From an uncultured Methylomirabilota bacterium (lineage in GTDB: Bacteria > Methylomirabilota > Methylomirabilia > Methylomirabilales > 2-02-FULL-66-22), in assembly GCA_963845565.1 (NCBI GenBank), contig CAWJSJ010000002.1, positions 672,001 through 736,000 on the forward strand: DNA of 64,000 bases, given 5' to 3'. Below, piece after piece: positions 39,668 to 50,722 of the stretch; within the stretch, counting starts at the first letter, position 1, and each line of letters starts with the position of its first letter. A program made the position numbers and the translations under genes. Under the pieces are notes generated by a model. That model had not been told where the DNA came from. It did no database searches and saw only the letters and a list, made by a program, of their open reading frames with translations.

Positions 39668-39766
39668 GCCACAAGACGCACAAGAGGCACACACCTCAGG
39701 GATGAATCAGGGCCGCCCGTCTCTGCGGGCCTGACCATACCTTGTGCATCATGTGCCTCTTGTGGC
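39668..39766. repeat. Inverted repeat, family C
   Basis: GCCACAAGACGCACAAGAGGCAC ... TTGTGCATCATGTGCCTCTTGTGGC. Confidence 0.7.
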
Positions 39767-39822
39767 TACGATCGGACCCGGTGGCGTCTTGGCAGTTATT
39801 CACCATTCGGAGGTCGGGATTC

Positions 39823-42800
39823 ATGGCCAGCGTGACGGTGCGAATCGACGGCAGGGAGATCGCTGCCGATAGCAGTCAGACCATCCTCCAGGTGGCGCGC
39901 GCGAACGGGGTCCACATCCCCACGCTCTGCTACGACCCGCGCCTCCCACCCTACGGGAGCTGCCTGGTGTGCGTGGTGGAGGTGCGGAGCGCCGGTCGGC
40001 TGCTGATGTCCTGCACCACCCCGGTGGCCGACGGCATGGACATCTGGACCGAGAGCGAGCCGGCGGCCGCCGCCCGGCGCGCGGCGCTGGAGATGCTGCT
40101 CTCGAATCACTACGCCGACTGCCGCGGCCCGTGTTTCCTGGAGTGTCCCGCCAACGTGGACGTGCAGGGGTATCTCGCGCTCGCCAACGCGGGGATGTAC
40201 CGGGAGGCGCTCAACCTCATCCGCGAGACGAACCCGATGCCGCTGGCCTGCGGTCGCGTCTGCGTCCGCTACTGCGAGGCCAGCTGCCGGCGGAACGACG
40301 TGGACTCGCCCGCGGCCATCAACTTCATGAAGCGCTACGTGGCCGATCTGGAGTACGACAACCTGCCACAGCCGGCCCCGATCCCGGCGACCGGGAAGCG
40401 CGTGGCCGTCATCGGCGGCGGGCCCGCCGGCCTCACCTGCGGCTATTTTCTGGCCACCAAGGGCCACCGGGTGACCATCTTCGACAAGCAGCCCAAACTT
40501 GGGGGGATGCTGCGGTATGGGATCCCCGAGTACCGCCTGCCCGAGGCGGTACTGGACAAGGAAATCGGCTACCTCCTGGCGCACGGGATCGAGGCCAAGA
40601 CCGAGGTGCGGCTGGGCCAGGACTTCCGCCTCGACGATCTGCGGGGCCAGGGCTTCGAGGCGATCTATCTCGCCATGGGGTCCTGGATCGCCAAGGGGAT
40701 GGGAATCGAGAACGAAACGCACGCGAACATTCTGTCGGGGATCGCGTTCCTGGAGGGGGTCAAGCGCCAGGGCCCACCCCGGCTCCACGGCACGGTGGCC
40801 ATCGTGGGGGGCGGCAACACCGCCGTCGACGCCTCGCGCACCGCGCTCCGCTGCGGCGCCGAGAAGGTCGCCATCCTCTACCGCCGCACCGAGAGCGAAA
40901 TGCCTGCGGACGAAATCGAGGTCCAGGACGCGCGGGACGAAGGGGTGGCGATCCAGTTCCTGGTGGCCCCCAAGCGAGCGGTCATCGACAACGGACGGCT
41001 CATCGGCCTGGAGTGCTTCCGGATGGAACTGGGCGAGCCGGATGCCAGCGGCCGGCGCCGCCCCGTGCAGGTCCCCAACTCGGAATTCCTGTTCGCCTGC
41101 GACTGGGTGTTCTCGGCAATCGGCCAGGAGCCGGACCTCGCGGGGCTGGAGAACGCCACGCTCGGACCGATCGCGGTCACCAAGTGGAAGAGCATCGCGG
41201 CCGACCCCGAGACGTTCCTGACCAGCGCGCCCGGGGTCTTCGCCGGCGGCGACGCCATGACCGGGCCCGCGGCAGCCATCGACGCCATCGGCGGCGGGCG
41301 GAAGGCGGCCTGGGTGATCGACCGGTACCTCCAGACGGGGCAGGTCGAGAAGTTTCAAGCGGGCTTCGTCAGCAAGCGCGCGAGCCTGGCCCCGCTGGAC
41401 GAGTCGTTCTTCCGCCAGTTCGAGAAGACGACGCGCGAGTCCATGCCCAAGCTGGAGGGACGGGAACGCATTCACCACTGGGAGGAGGTGGACCTGGGGG
41501 TCAACGCCCTGCAGGTCAAGCACGAGACCTCGCGCTGCCTCTCGTGCGGCTGCACCAGCGTCTTCGATTGCGACCTCAAGGTGTTCGCGGGCAATTACGA
41601 CGCCAAGCAGGAGCACTACAAGGGCCGACTGCGGAAGCACAAGCTGGACGACCGGCACCCCTACATCCTGCTCGACAGCAACAAGTGCATCCTGTGCGGC
41701 CGGTGCGTGCGCTACTGCGGGGATCTCATCGGGGTGCATGCGCTGGGGTTCATCAACCGCGGGTACGAGACGGTGGTGAAGCCCGCGCTGGACAAGCCGC
41801 TCCGCGAGACGACCTGCATCGCCTGCGGCAACTGCATCGAGGTCTGTCCCACCGGCGCCATCACCTTCAACGCGACCCTGGACAAGCCCGGACCGTTTCG
41901 CACCGTGCCGCACCGCTCGGTCTGCTCCTTCTGCGGCGTGGGCTGCCAGATCGACGTCAACCACACCGGCCGGGATTTCTTCTTCGTCACGGCCCAGCCG
42001 ACCGACCCGTTCACCGAGGGGGAACTCTGCGCCAAGGGCCGGTTCGGTACGTCCTACGTCGGATCCCGCGACCGCCTCTACACCTGTATCGTCAAGGGGA
42101 CGGGGAGCGTCGGGATGGCCGACGCCGCCAAGGCGCTTGCCACGGGACTCGCCGGGATCCGGGATGCGCACGGACCGGACGCGATCCTCTTCCTGACGTC
42201 GCCCCGGGTCTCCACCGAGGCGGCCTGGCTCTTCGCCTCCCTGGCGAAGCAGTGCGGCTCCCGCTTCGTCTTCCCGGCGGAAGACCTGCGGCGCGCGGCG
42301 CTGCCGGATGTGCGTGGTCTGTCCGGGCACAACATCTCGACCGCCAAGCAGGACGATCTGTGCGGCGCGGATGTGGTGCTGACCGTCGGTGAGCAGGCTT
42401 TCGCGTATAACCCAGTGCTCGGATTCCATGTCCGCCGCGCCGCGCAGGCCGGTGCGACCTGGATCCACGTCGGGACGGCGCCGGCGGCTTGGAAGCGGAT
42501 GGTGACCATTCGCGTGGAGTGCGCGACGGGCGCGGAAGCCACGGCGCTCCGCGCGATCTGTGGGGCGGTCGTGGCCTCGGGCGTTTACGATGCGGCGGGC
42601 CTGGCCGCGGCCGCCAACGGACAGGCCTTCCTGTCGCATGCCTTCGGGCAGCCGGGGCCGAGCGTGGCGGAGGCCGCCGCCCACATCGCCGACGCATCGA
42701 AGAAAGCCATCCTGGTCGTCAACCAGGACGCGCCGGTGGGGGGCGACCACGCCGACGTCCGGTGGACCGCCGATCTGGCGCTCCTCACGGGGCGGACCGG

Positions 42801-43449
42801 TGGCGCGAAGGGTGGGCTCCTGGTCGTGAAGAACGAGGCGAACGGTCAGGGGGTTCAAGACGTTCTCTATGAGGGCGGTTTCACCAGCCCCGCCGATCTT
42901 GCCCGGGCGAAGTCGCTGCTCGACGCCGGGACGTTCAAGGCCATCGTCCTGTTGGGAGTGGACCCGGCGGGCATCGCGGGACTTACGGCCGGCCTCGCCG
43001 CCGCGCAGTTCACGGCCGCCATGGACCTGTTCAAGACCGCCGCGACAGAGCGGGCCGATGTGGTGGTCCCGCTGTGCCCGATCCAGGAGGAAGACGGCAG
43101 CGTGGTTTCCTTCGACGGGCGGATCACCCCGTTCCGAAGGGCGTTCAAGCCGCTGGCCGGGTTCGGCACCGTCGAGTTCCTGTCCGAGGCGCTCCTGCAG
43201 GCGGGAGGCGAACGGCTCGACCTGCCGGCGACCCGCCAGGCGATCGCCGGGGCGCTGCCGCTCTATCGGACGCTCGGAACCGACGCCCCGACGGCAACGT
43301 ACCTCTGCGACCAGTCGGCAGCCCGCGGCGCCGTGCCGAGATTCTCCATGGCCCCGGTATCGTCCGGTCCGGCCGGCGCGGCGTACCAACCGGCCACGAC
43401 CTTCTCGCGGGTGGTTGAGGCGAAGCTCCGCGCAGACCTGAAGGGCTGA
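39823..43449 (+). CDS. Large fusion: [2Fe-2S] + GltD-like FAD/NADPH + [4Fe-4S] domains + degenerate molybdopterin-oxidoreductase domain (BfuA/NfnA-like)
   Basis: IPTLC, SCLVCVVE, CFLECPANVDV, GRVC, IGGGPAG, VGGGNTAVD, YRR, FAGGD, RCLSCGC, KCILCGRCV, CIACGNC..VCP, CSFCGVGC..LCAKG. Confidence 0.9.
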   Translation: MASVTVRIDGREIAADSSQTILQVARANGVHIPTLCYDPRLPPYGSCLVCVVEVRSAGRLLMSCTTPVADGMDIWTESEPAAAARRAALEMLLSNHYADCRGPCFLECPANVDVQGYLALANAGMYREALNLIRETNPMPLACGRVCVRYCEASCRRNDVDSPAAINFMKRYVADLEYDNLPQPAPIPATGKRVAVIGGGPAGLTCGYFLATKGHRVTIFDKQPKLGGMLRYGIPEYRLPEAVLDKEIGYLLAHGIEAKTEVRLGQDFRLDDLRGQGFEAIYLAMGSWIAKGMGIENETHANILSGIAFLEGVKRQGPPRLHGTVAIVGGGNTAVDASRTALRCGAEKVAILYRRTESEMPADEIEVQDARDEGVAIQFLVAPKRAVIDNGRLIGLECFRMELGEPDASGRRRPVQVPNSEFLFACDWVFSAIGQEPDLAGLENATLGPIAVTKWKSIAADPETFLTSAPGVFAGGDAMTGPAAAIDAIGGGRKAAWVIDRYLQTGQVEKFQAGFVSKRASLAPLDESFFRQFEKTTRESMPKLEGRERIHHWEEVDLGVNALQVKHETSRCLSCGCTSVFDCDLKVFAGNYDAKQEHYKGRLRKHKLDDRHPYILLDSNKCILCGRCVRYCGDLIGVHALGFINRGYETVVKPALDKPLRETTCIACGNCIEVCPTGAITFNATLDKPGPFRTVPHRSVCSFCGVGCQIDVNHTGRDFFFVTAQPTDPFTEGELCAKGRFGTSYVGSRDRLYTCIVKGTGSVGMADAAKALATGLAGIRDAHGPDAILFLTSPRVSTEAAWLFASLAKQCGSRFVFPAEDLRRAALPDVRGLSGHNISTAKQDDLCGADVVLTVGEQAFAYNPVLGFHVRRAAQAGATWIHVGTAPAAWKRMVTIRVECATGAEATALRAICGAVVASGVYDAAGLAAAANGQAFLSHAFGQPGPSVAEAAAHIADASKKAILVVNQDAPVGGDHADVRWTADLALLTGRTGGAKGGLLVVKNEANGQGVQDVLYEGGFTSPADLARAKSLLDAGTFKAIVLLGVDPAGIAGLTAGLAAAQFTAAMDLFKTAATERADVVVPLCPIQEEDGSVVSFDGRITPFRRAFKPLAGFGTVEFLSEALLQAGGERLDLPATRQAIAGALPLYRTLGTDAPTATYLCDQSAARGAVPRFSMAPVSSGPAGAAYQPATTFSRVVEAKLRADLKG

Positions 43450-43515
43450 GCCGTTGTCAAAGAACCACTTGACCGGAGAAATTTCGGGGACGGCATAAGG
43501 AGCCGTTCCGGGGAT
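43449..43515. repeat. Intergenic repeat family B, copy 3 (partial)
   Basis: AGCCGTTGTCAAAGAAC...GACCGGAGAAATTTCGGGGACGGCATAAGGAGCCGT. The right inverted arm is absent. Confidence 0.8.
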
Positions 43516-43667
43516 TCGATCTGGCGAATGCCGGGCGGAAGTGGTACAGTCCGCCCGGTTTGTCTTTCCGGGCGCCGGGGTGGGGGGTCTGGCGCCCGCC
43601 AGATACATGTCGAGCCGGTCTGGATGTACATGGTCCTGGACATTCCCTGGCGATGGAGTGTGGGGCG

Positions 43668-45836
43668 ATGAAGCAAATCCTGGGGATCCTGCTTGCGGGG
43701 GCAGCGACTGCGCTTTGCCTCGTCGGGTTGGCGGTGGCGGCGCCGGCGGGGCCGACCAACGAGGACTGTCTGGGCTGTCACGCGGACAAGGGGCTGGTCA
43801 AAGAGGTCAGAGGTAAGAAGGTCTCCCTCTACGCCGACGAGGGCGTCCTCAAGGCCTCCGTCCACGGCCGCCTGGCCTGCACCGCCTGCCACGCGGGCAT
43901 CAAGGAGGTTCCCCACGCCGAGAAGGTTCCGCCGGTGTCGTGCTCCGGCTGCCACGGGCCGGCCAGCGGGAAGTTTGCCCAAAGCGTCCACGGTCGCAAG
44001 GACGGTCCGCAGCTCGACTGCCAGACCTGCCACGGCGCCCATGTCGTGAAGCCGGCCGCACAGCTCGGCCCGGCGGTCTGCGAGACGTGCCACCAGCCGA
44101 TGGTGCAGGGATGGCAGGCGAGCGTGCACGGGAAAGCGGTGGCGCAGGGCGTGAAGGAAGCCGCCCAGTGTCGGGACTGTCACGGCGCGACCCATGAACT
44201 GCTGTCGCAGCAGGATCCCGGGGCACCCACCAGCCGGGCGAAGATGGCGGAGACGTGCGCACGCTGCCACGCGGACCGGGCCCTGATCGAAAAGCGACAG
44301 ATCCCGGTTCCCCAGGCCTTCCAGCTCTATCAGAAGAGCGTCCACGGTCGGGCGGTGGCGGCCGGGAAACCGGCCGCGACGTGCAACAACTGCCATGCCA
44401 GCCACCAGATCCTCCGGGCCAACGACCCGAAATCCACCGTGTACCGAGAAAACATCCCCCAGATGTGCGGAAGCTGCCACGGCGAGGAGGCCAAGGTCTA
44501 CCTGGGAAGCATTCACGGGACCGCCATGCGCCACGGCGCCACCAAGTCGCCGGTCTGCACCGACTGCCACGGGGAGCACTCCATCACCGGGGCGCAGGAC
44601 CCGAACTCCCGGGTCAGCGTCGCCCAGGTGACCAAGACCTGCGCGAGTTGCCACCAGGCGCTGGAGATCACCGAGAAGTACGGCCTGCCGGGAAACCGGG
44701 TGGCGACGTACCAGGACAGCTTCCACGGGCTGGCGGCGCGCGGGGGAAATCTCACGGCAGCCAACTGCTCGAGCTGCCACGGCTTTCACGACGTCCGCCC
44801 ATCCGCGGATCCGAAATCCTCGATCCACGCAAACAACCTCCAGGCCACCTGCGGGAAATGCCATCCGGGCGCGAGCGAGAACTTCGCGAAGGGCAGCGTC
44901 CATGTCTCGGGCACACGCCAGGACGCGCCGATCCTCTACTACGCCCGCGCGTTCTACCTGTTGATGATCCTGGGCACGATCGGCGGCATGCTGGCACACA
45001 ACGGCTTGGACTTCTTGAAAAAGATGCGGCGGGAGTACCGCCGCCGGGGCGGCGGCAGGGGTGCGGTTACCGCCGACACGTACGCCGCCCACGCCGCGGA
45101 GCCACCGCGGTTCTATCTCCGCATGTCGGCCTTCGAGCGCTGGCAGCACGTCCTCCTGGCGGCGAGCTTCATCGTCCTGGTCTATACCGGTTTCGCCCTC
45201 AAGTTCCCGGAGAGCTGGCCGTTCGCCTGGCTGGTGGCCCTGGAGACAGGATACGCGTGGCGCGGGTGGGTCCACCGGGGGGCGGCCCTGGTGATGCTCC
45301 TGGCGTGTTTGCTCCACGTGGTCTATCTGCCGACCCGCCGGGGGCGCGCCCACGTCCTGGCCATGCTGCCGCGGCTCTCCGACGCGAAGGAGGTCATTCA
45401 GAACGCAGGGTACCTGCTCGGCATCCGGCGAGAAGGGCCGCGCTGCGACCGCTTCAGCTATATCGAGAAGGCGGAGTACTGGGCGGTGGTCTGGGGTTCC
45501 GTGGTCATGGCCGTCACCGGCTTCGTCCTGTGGTTCGAAACCGACGCGCTGCGCGTCCTGCCGCTGTGGGCGCTGGATCTGGCGACGCTGATCCACTATT
45601 ACGAAGCCTGGCTGGCCAGCCTGGCCATCCTGGTATGGCACTTCTACTTCGTGATCTTCAACCCGGACGTCTATCCGATGAACTGGACGTGGCTGACCGG
45701 GAAGATCTCGGAGGAGATGCTGCGCCACGAGCACCCGCGGGAGTACGAGCGGTTGCGCGCGGAGGAGGAGCTGGACGCCGGACCCAACGAATCCCCGCAG
45801 GCCCCCGGCCAACACGAGCCGCCCGCCGGAGGGTAG
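43668..45836 (+). CDS. Multiheme c (13 CXXCH) fused to a cytochrome b membrane domain (CbcL-like quinol oxidoreductase)
   Basis: Signal peptide, 13 CXXCH with repeating SVHG, then TM region ERWQH, TGF, VHRGAA, EKAEYWA, IHYYEAWLA, WHFY, EHP. Confidence 0.9.
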   Translation: MKQILGILLAGAATALCLVGLAVAAPAGPTNEDCLGCHADKGLVKEVRGKKVSLYADEGVLKASVHGRLACTACHAGIKEVPHAEKVPPVSCSGCHGPASGKFAQSVHGRKDGPQLDCQTCHGAHVVKPAAQLGPAVCETCHQPMVQGWQASVHGKAVAQGVKEAAQCRDCHGATHELLSQQDPGAPTSRAKMAETCARCHADRALIEKRQIPVPQAFQLYQKSVHGRAVAAGKPAATCNNCHASHQILRANDPKSTVYRENIPQMCGSCHGEEAKVYLGSIHGTAMRHGATKSPVCTDCHGEHSITGAQDPNSRVSVAQVTKTCASCHQALEITEKYGLPGNRVATYQDSFHGLAARGGNLTAANCSSCHGFHDVRPSADPKSSIHANNLQATCGKCHPGASENFAKGSVHVSGTRQDAPILYYARAFYLLMILGTIGGMLAHNGLDFLKKMRREYRRRGGGRGAVTADTYAAHAAEPPRFYLRMSAFERWQHVLLAASFIVLVYTGFALKFPESWPFAWLVALETGYAWRGWVHRGAALVMLLACLLHVVYLPTRRGRAHVLAMLPRLSDAKEVIQNAGYLLGIRREGPRCDRFSYIEKAEYWAVVWGSVVMAVTGFVLWFETDALRVLPLWALDLATLIHYYEAWLASLAILVWHFYFVIFNPDVYPMNWTWLTGKISEEMLRHEHPREYERLRAEEELDAGPNESPQAPGQHEPPAGG

Positions 45837-45891
45837 GCGAGACCTCGTCCCGCACCACGCCGCCGCTCGACGCACGGAAGAGGACACCACG

Positions 45892-45926
45892 AGGGCCCGG
45901 GGGATTTTCCCGGGCCCTGGCGTTTT
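45892..45926 (+). terminator. Intrinsic terminator
   Basis: AGGGCCCGGG-GGATTTT-CCCGGGCCCT followed by GGCGTTTT. Confidence 0.65.
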
Positions 45927-46053
45927 CTCGTCTGCTGAGGTAAGGTGAGCCCGCCGCCCCGCCTCCAGGGAGACCGGCCGTTTTGAGCGCTGTCCCGGGG
46001 GCGAGTGGGGGCTTGCGGCCGGTTTGCAGGATGGGTTTCCGCGGGGGGCGGGA

Positions 46054-47612
46054 ATGCCACGCAACGCATCGGACGATCACAACCGCAGGTCGGCCCGGTC
46101 GTTCCTTTACAGCCTGAAGACCAGGTTCATCGCCGCCCTCCTCCTCTTGGTCGGTGTCGTCATCGGTCTGTCAACCTGGTGGAACCTCAGCCTGCATACA
46201 GGGCACATGGTTCGGGCGACGGAGGACAAAGTCCGGGCCCTGGCCGACGCGATCGACGGCGGGATCCAGGTCGCCATGCGCGAAGGGCACACCACCGAGG
46301 TGCAGCGCATCCTGGAAGGCATGGCGCGGGACCCGGATATCGAGCGGATCGTCATCTTCGACGACGGCGGGCGAATCCGACAGGCCTCCAACCGGGACCT
46401 GGTCGGACGGGTCATGGACCGCGACCGGTTGTCCCGGTATCTGGCGCAGCCGGATTTCACGGCGATCGGGCGCTACGAGGACGGGGAGCTCATTCAGTCG
46501 GTCGTCAAGAAGATCCGGAATCGCACCGAATGCCGCGCCTGTCACGGGACAGCGACGGAGTTCCTCGGCACCCTGCAGCTTGACATGTCTTTTCGCCAGA
46601 CCCAGGAGCAGATCGCTGACATGAAGCGCGCCGCCCTGTGGACCATGCTCCTGACGGGCCTGGTCCTGGCCGGGGGCGGCGGGGTCCTGATGATCCGCAT
46701 GGTGGACCGGCGCGTCACGCGACTGGCGGCGGCCATGGCGCGCGTGGAGACCGGCGATCTAGGCGTCCGGGCGATTCCGGGCGGACGCGACGAACTGGGT
46801 GGGCTGGCCGAGAGCTTCAACGCGATGGTGGAACGGTTGCGCGCGGCGCGCGAAGAGATCGAGGCCTATCACCAACAACGTCTGGCCCGAACCGAGCGGC
46901 TGGCGGGCCTTGGGGAGCTGGCCGCCTCGGTCGCTCACGAGATCAAGAACCCGCTGGCGGGGATCGCCGGAGCGGTCCGCATCCTGGCGGAGGACATGCC
47001 CGCCAGCGACCCGCGCAAGGAGATCATGGGCGAAGTCCTGGCACAGATCCGGAGGCTGGACGGCACGGTGCGCGACCTTCTGACGTTCGCGCGTCCCGGC
47101 GGCCCCGAGTTGGGTCCCTGTGCGTTACACCAAGTCCTGGATCGCGTCCTTTTGGTGCTGGCGGACGACCCGTCGGCTTCGAACGTTCGTGTGGTGCGGG
47201 AATACCAGTCGGACCTCCCCCCGGTATCCGCGGATGGGAAGCTGCTGGAGCAGGTCTTCTTCAATCTGTTGCTGAATGCCGTCCAGGCGATGGGTGGCCA
47301 CGGCACGATCACGCTGCGCACGGCCCGCGGCGAGGCGGGCGCGAGGCGGACCGATGGCACGCCGTTCGAGCCGCACGTCGAGATCCGCGTGATGGACACC
47401 GGTCCGGGCATCCCGGCGCATCTCCTGCGCGAGATCTTCACGCCGTTCTTCACGACCAAGCCGCGCGGCATCGGACTCGGTTTGGCGATCACGCGGCGGA
47501 TCGTGGAGGACCACGGCGGACGGATCAGCGGAGAGAACCTCCCGGGGCAGGGTGCGATGTTTCGCATCTGTCTCCCCCTGGAGGGGTCCGACGACGGTCC
47601 AGGAGAGAGAGC

Positions 47613-47616
<4 letters not shown>
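46054..47616 (+). CDS. Sensor histidine kinase with periplasmic CXXCH, HAMP, HisKA, HATPase
   Basis: Two TM helices with CRACH between them, DELGGLAESFNAM, AHEIKNPL, NLLLNA, DTGPG, PFFTTK, GLGL. Confidence 0.95.
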
Positions 47617-48998
<1,382 letters not shown>

Positions 48999-49039
48999 GC
49001 CCCGCCCCGTCCAAGCCACCGGCCGGCCCATCGTGCTGC

Positions 49040-49055
49040 TGGCATTCTGCTTGCT
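49040..49055 (+). promoter_or_regulatory. Putative sigma54 promoter
   Basis: TGGCATTCTGCTTGCT (GG-N10-GC), 30 bp before the ATG at 49084. Confidence 0.65.
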
Positions 49056-49083
49056 TCTGCACGACTCCCAAAGGACGTCCCCC

Positions 49084-49476
49084 ATGGCCCTGCCCCTCGT
49101 CTTGATCGTCGATGACGATAAGCTCACCCGGTGGTCGGTCTCCAGGGTCCTCACCCGTGCGGGCTATCAGGTCCAGGAGGCGGCCACGGCCGCCGAGGGT
49201 TTGGCGGCGATCGCGGGCGAAAGGCCAGACGCCGTCCTGCTGGACATTGTGCTCCCCGACGGTGACGGGGTTTCCGCGTTGCGCACGATTCACGAGACGC
49301 ACCCCCGGCTTCCCGTGATCCTCATCACCGCCCACGGCTCGGAGGAGACCGTCAGAACGGCGCGCGATCTCGGCGCGCGAGGCCACCTGACCAAACCCTG
49401 CAATCCCGCGGAGCTCTGCGCAGCATTGGCGCTTGCGATCGGTCGGGCCTCCTCGCCAAATCACCCATTCCAGTAG
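49084..49476 (+). CDS. Single-domain response regulator
   Basis: LIVDDD, VLLDIVLPDGDG, ILITAHG, KP. Confidence 0.92.
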   Translation: MALPLVLIVDDDKLTRWSVSRVLTRAGYQVQEAATAAEGLAAIAGERPDAVLLDIVLPDGDGVSALRTIHETHPRLPVILITAHGSEETVRTARDLGARGHLTKPCNPAELCAALALAIGRASSPNHPFQ

Positions 49477-49496
49477 ACGGCTCTCGGGTGCGCGAC

Positions 49497-49545
49497 GTGC
49501 GGGGAATCTCGCACCCCGCCTGCACGGGGTGCGTGAAACCTCGCA
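49497..49545. promoter_or_regulatory. Tandem palindromic enhancer (UAS) candidates
   Basis: GTGCG-GGGAATCT-CGCAC and GTGCG-TGAAACCT-CGCA, 32 bp apart and 120-165 bp upstream of the -24 element. Confidence 0.6.
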
Positions 49546-49662
49546 GGCGGGTCCGGCGATCGTTTGCGGCCAACGCCGGACGCCTGTGCCGGCGCTGGTG
49601 GGACTTCATTGTTTTGGAGGAATTAGCCCCCCCCTGGCGCTGCGGGCGCTCCTCCATCAAGT

Positions 49663-49678
49663 TGGCCCCAGGCTTGCT
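49663..49678 (+). promoter_or_regulatory. Putative sigma54 promoter of the decaheme-porin genes
   Basis: TGGCCCCAGGCTTGCT (GG-N10-GC), 40 bp before the ATG at 49718. Confidence 0.7.
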
Positions 49679-49717
49679 TTTCTCTGACGCAACGACATTT
49701 CTGTGTGGAGGAATGCC

Positions 49718-50708
49718 ATGCGGACGCACCCAACGATGAACTCAGGTATCCCATGTCTGACGGGGGCGTGGAGGCCGATCGGGCTCCTGCTCGGCCTCGC
49801 CGGGCTGGTGCTGATCGCCGGCCTGTGCCTCGGGGCACAGGGCGAGGCCGCCGCCCCGGCGGTTCCCGGGGCAACCTTTGTGGGGAGCGAGACCTGCAAG
49901 GGGTGTCATGAGGATCAGTTCAAGAAACTGGACGCCACCCTGCACAGCCGCGTGCTCGGGGAGCGGGGCCGGACTGCGCTGCAGCAACAGGCGTGCGAGT
50001 CCTGCCACGGCCCGGGGAGCAAACACCTGGAGGACCAGACGAATCCGGCGTATAGCGTCCGGTTCGGGCCGAAAGTCCGTGCAGTCCGTCGCAGATCGCA
50101 ATGCCGTCTGCCTGCAGTGCCACCAGAAAGGCAAGCGCGCATTCTGGCAGGGAAGCACCCATGAGACGCGAGACGTCTCTTGCACGACTTGCCACAGTGT
50201 CAAGAGCCCGAAGTCGCTGAAGGCCCAATTGGCGGCGCCGGACCAGCTCGCGCTGTGCAAGCAGTGCCACGTGGTGAGTGTCGGCCAGCAGGCGAACTGG
50301 TCGCACATGCCAGTGCGCGAAGGGAAAATGCAGTGCTCGAGCTGTCACAACGTGCACGGGACGGTCACCGAGAAGCTGATCGTGGACAACAGCATCAACG
50401 AAAACTGCTATCGCTGCCATACGGATAAGCGGGGACCGTTCCTGTGGGAGCACGCCCCCGTGCGTGAGAGCTGCATGAACTGCCATAAACCGCACGGCAG
50501 CAACAACATCCGGCTGCTCAGGCTCCGCGAGCCCCGACTCTGCCAGCAGTGCCACAACGAGAACCGGCACCCGTCCACGGCGTTCTCCGGGGGCAGCACC
50601 GGGCTCGGCGGGATCGCCGACCGGCGGGTGCTGGGGCGAAGCTGCGCACTCTGCCACTCGAACATCCACGGGTCGAACCATCCGTCCGGGTTCGCCTTCA
50701 CGCGATAG
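49718..50708 (+). CDS. DmsE/MtrA family decaheme cytochrome c with one apparent frameshift
   Basis: FVGSETCKGCH, CESCHGPG, then 8 more CXXCH after removing one A at 50072-50074. Also KRGPFLWEHAPV and IHGSNHPSG. Confidence 0.92.
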
Positions 50709-50722
50709 GGGGAGGCGTCGTG

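Noticed and set aside
39823..43449. Formate dehydrogenase or [FeFe]-hydrogenase catalytic subunit
   Set aside because: No Mo-ligand Cys/Sec-His segment, no in-frame TGA and no H-cluster motifs.
35227..43515. Family B repeats as a CRISPR array
   Set aside because: Copies are kilobases apart and separated by genes, with no regular spacers and no cas genes.
39796..43608. Very long antisense ORFs (also 37718-39694, 43263-46064, 58262-60313)
   Set aside because: These are stop-poor antisense shadows expected in GC-rich coding DNA, with no recognisable motifs.
46638..47612. N-terminal extension of the sigma54 regulator
   Set aside because: It overlaps the kinase out of frame. The receiver domain starts at 47613.
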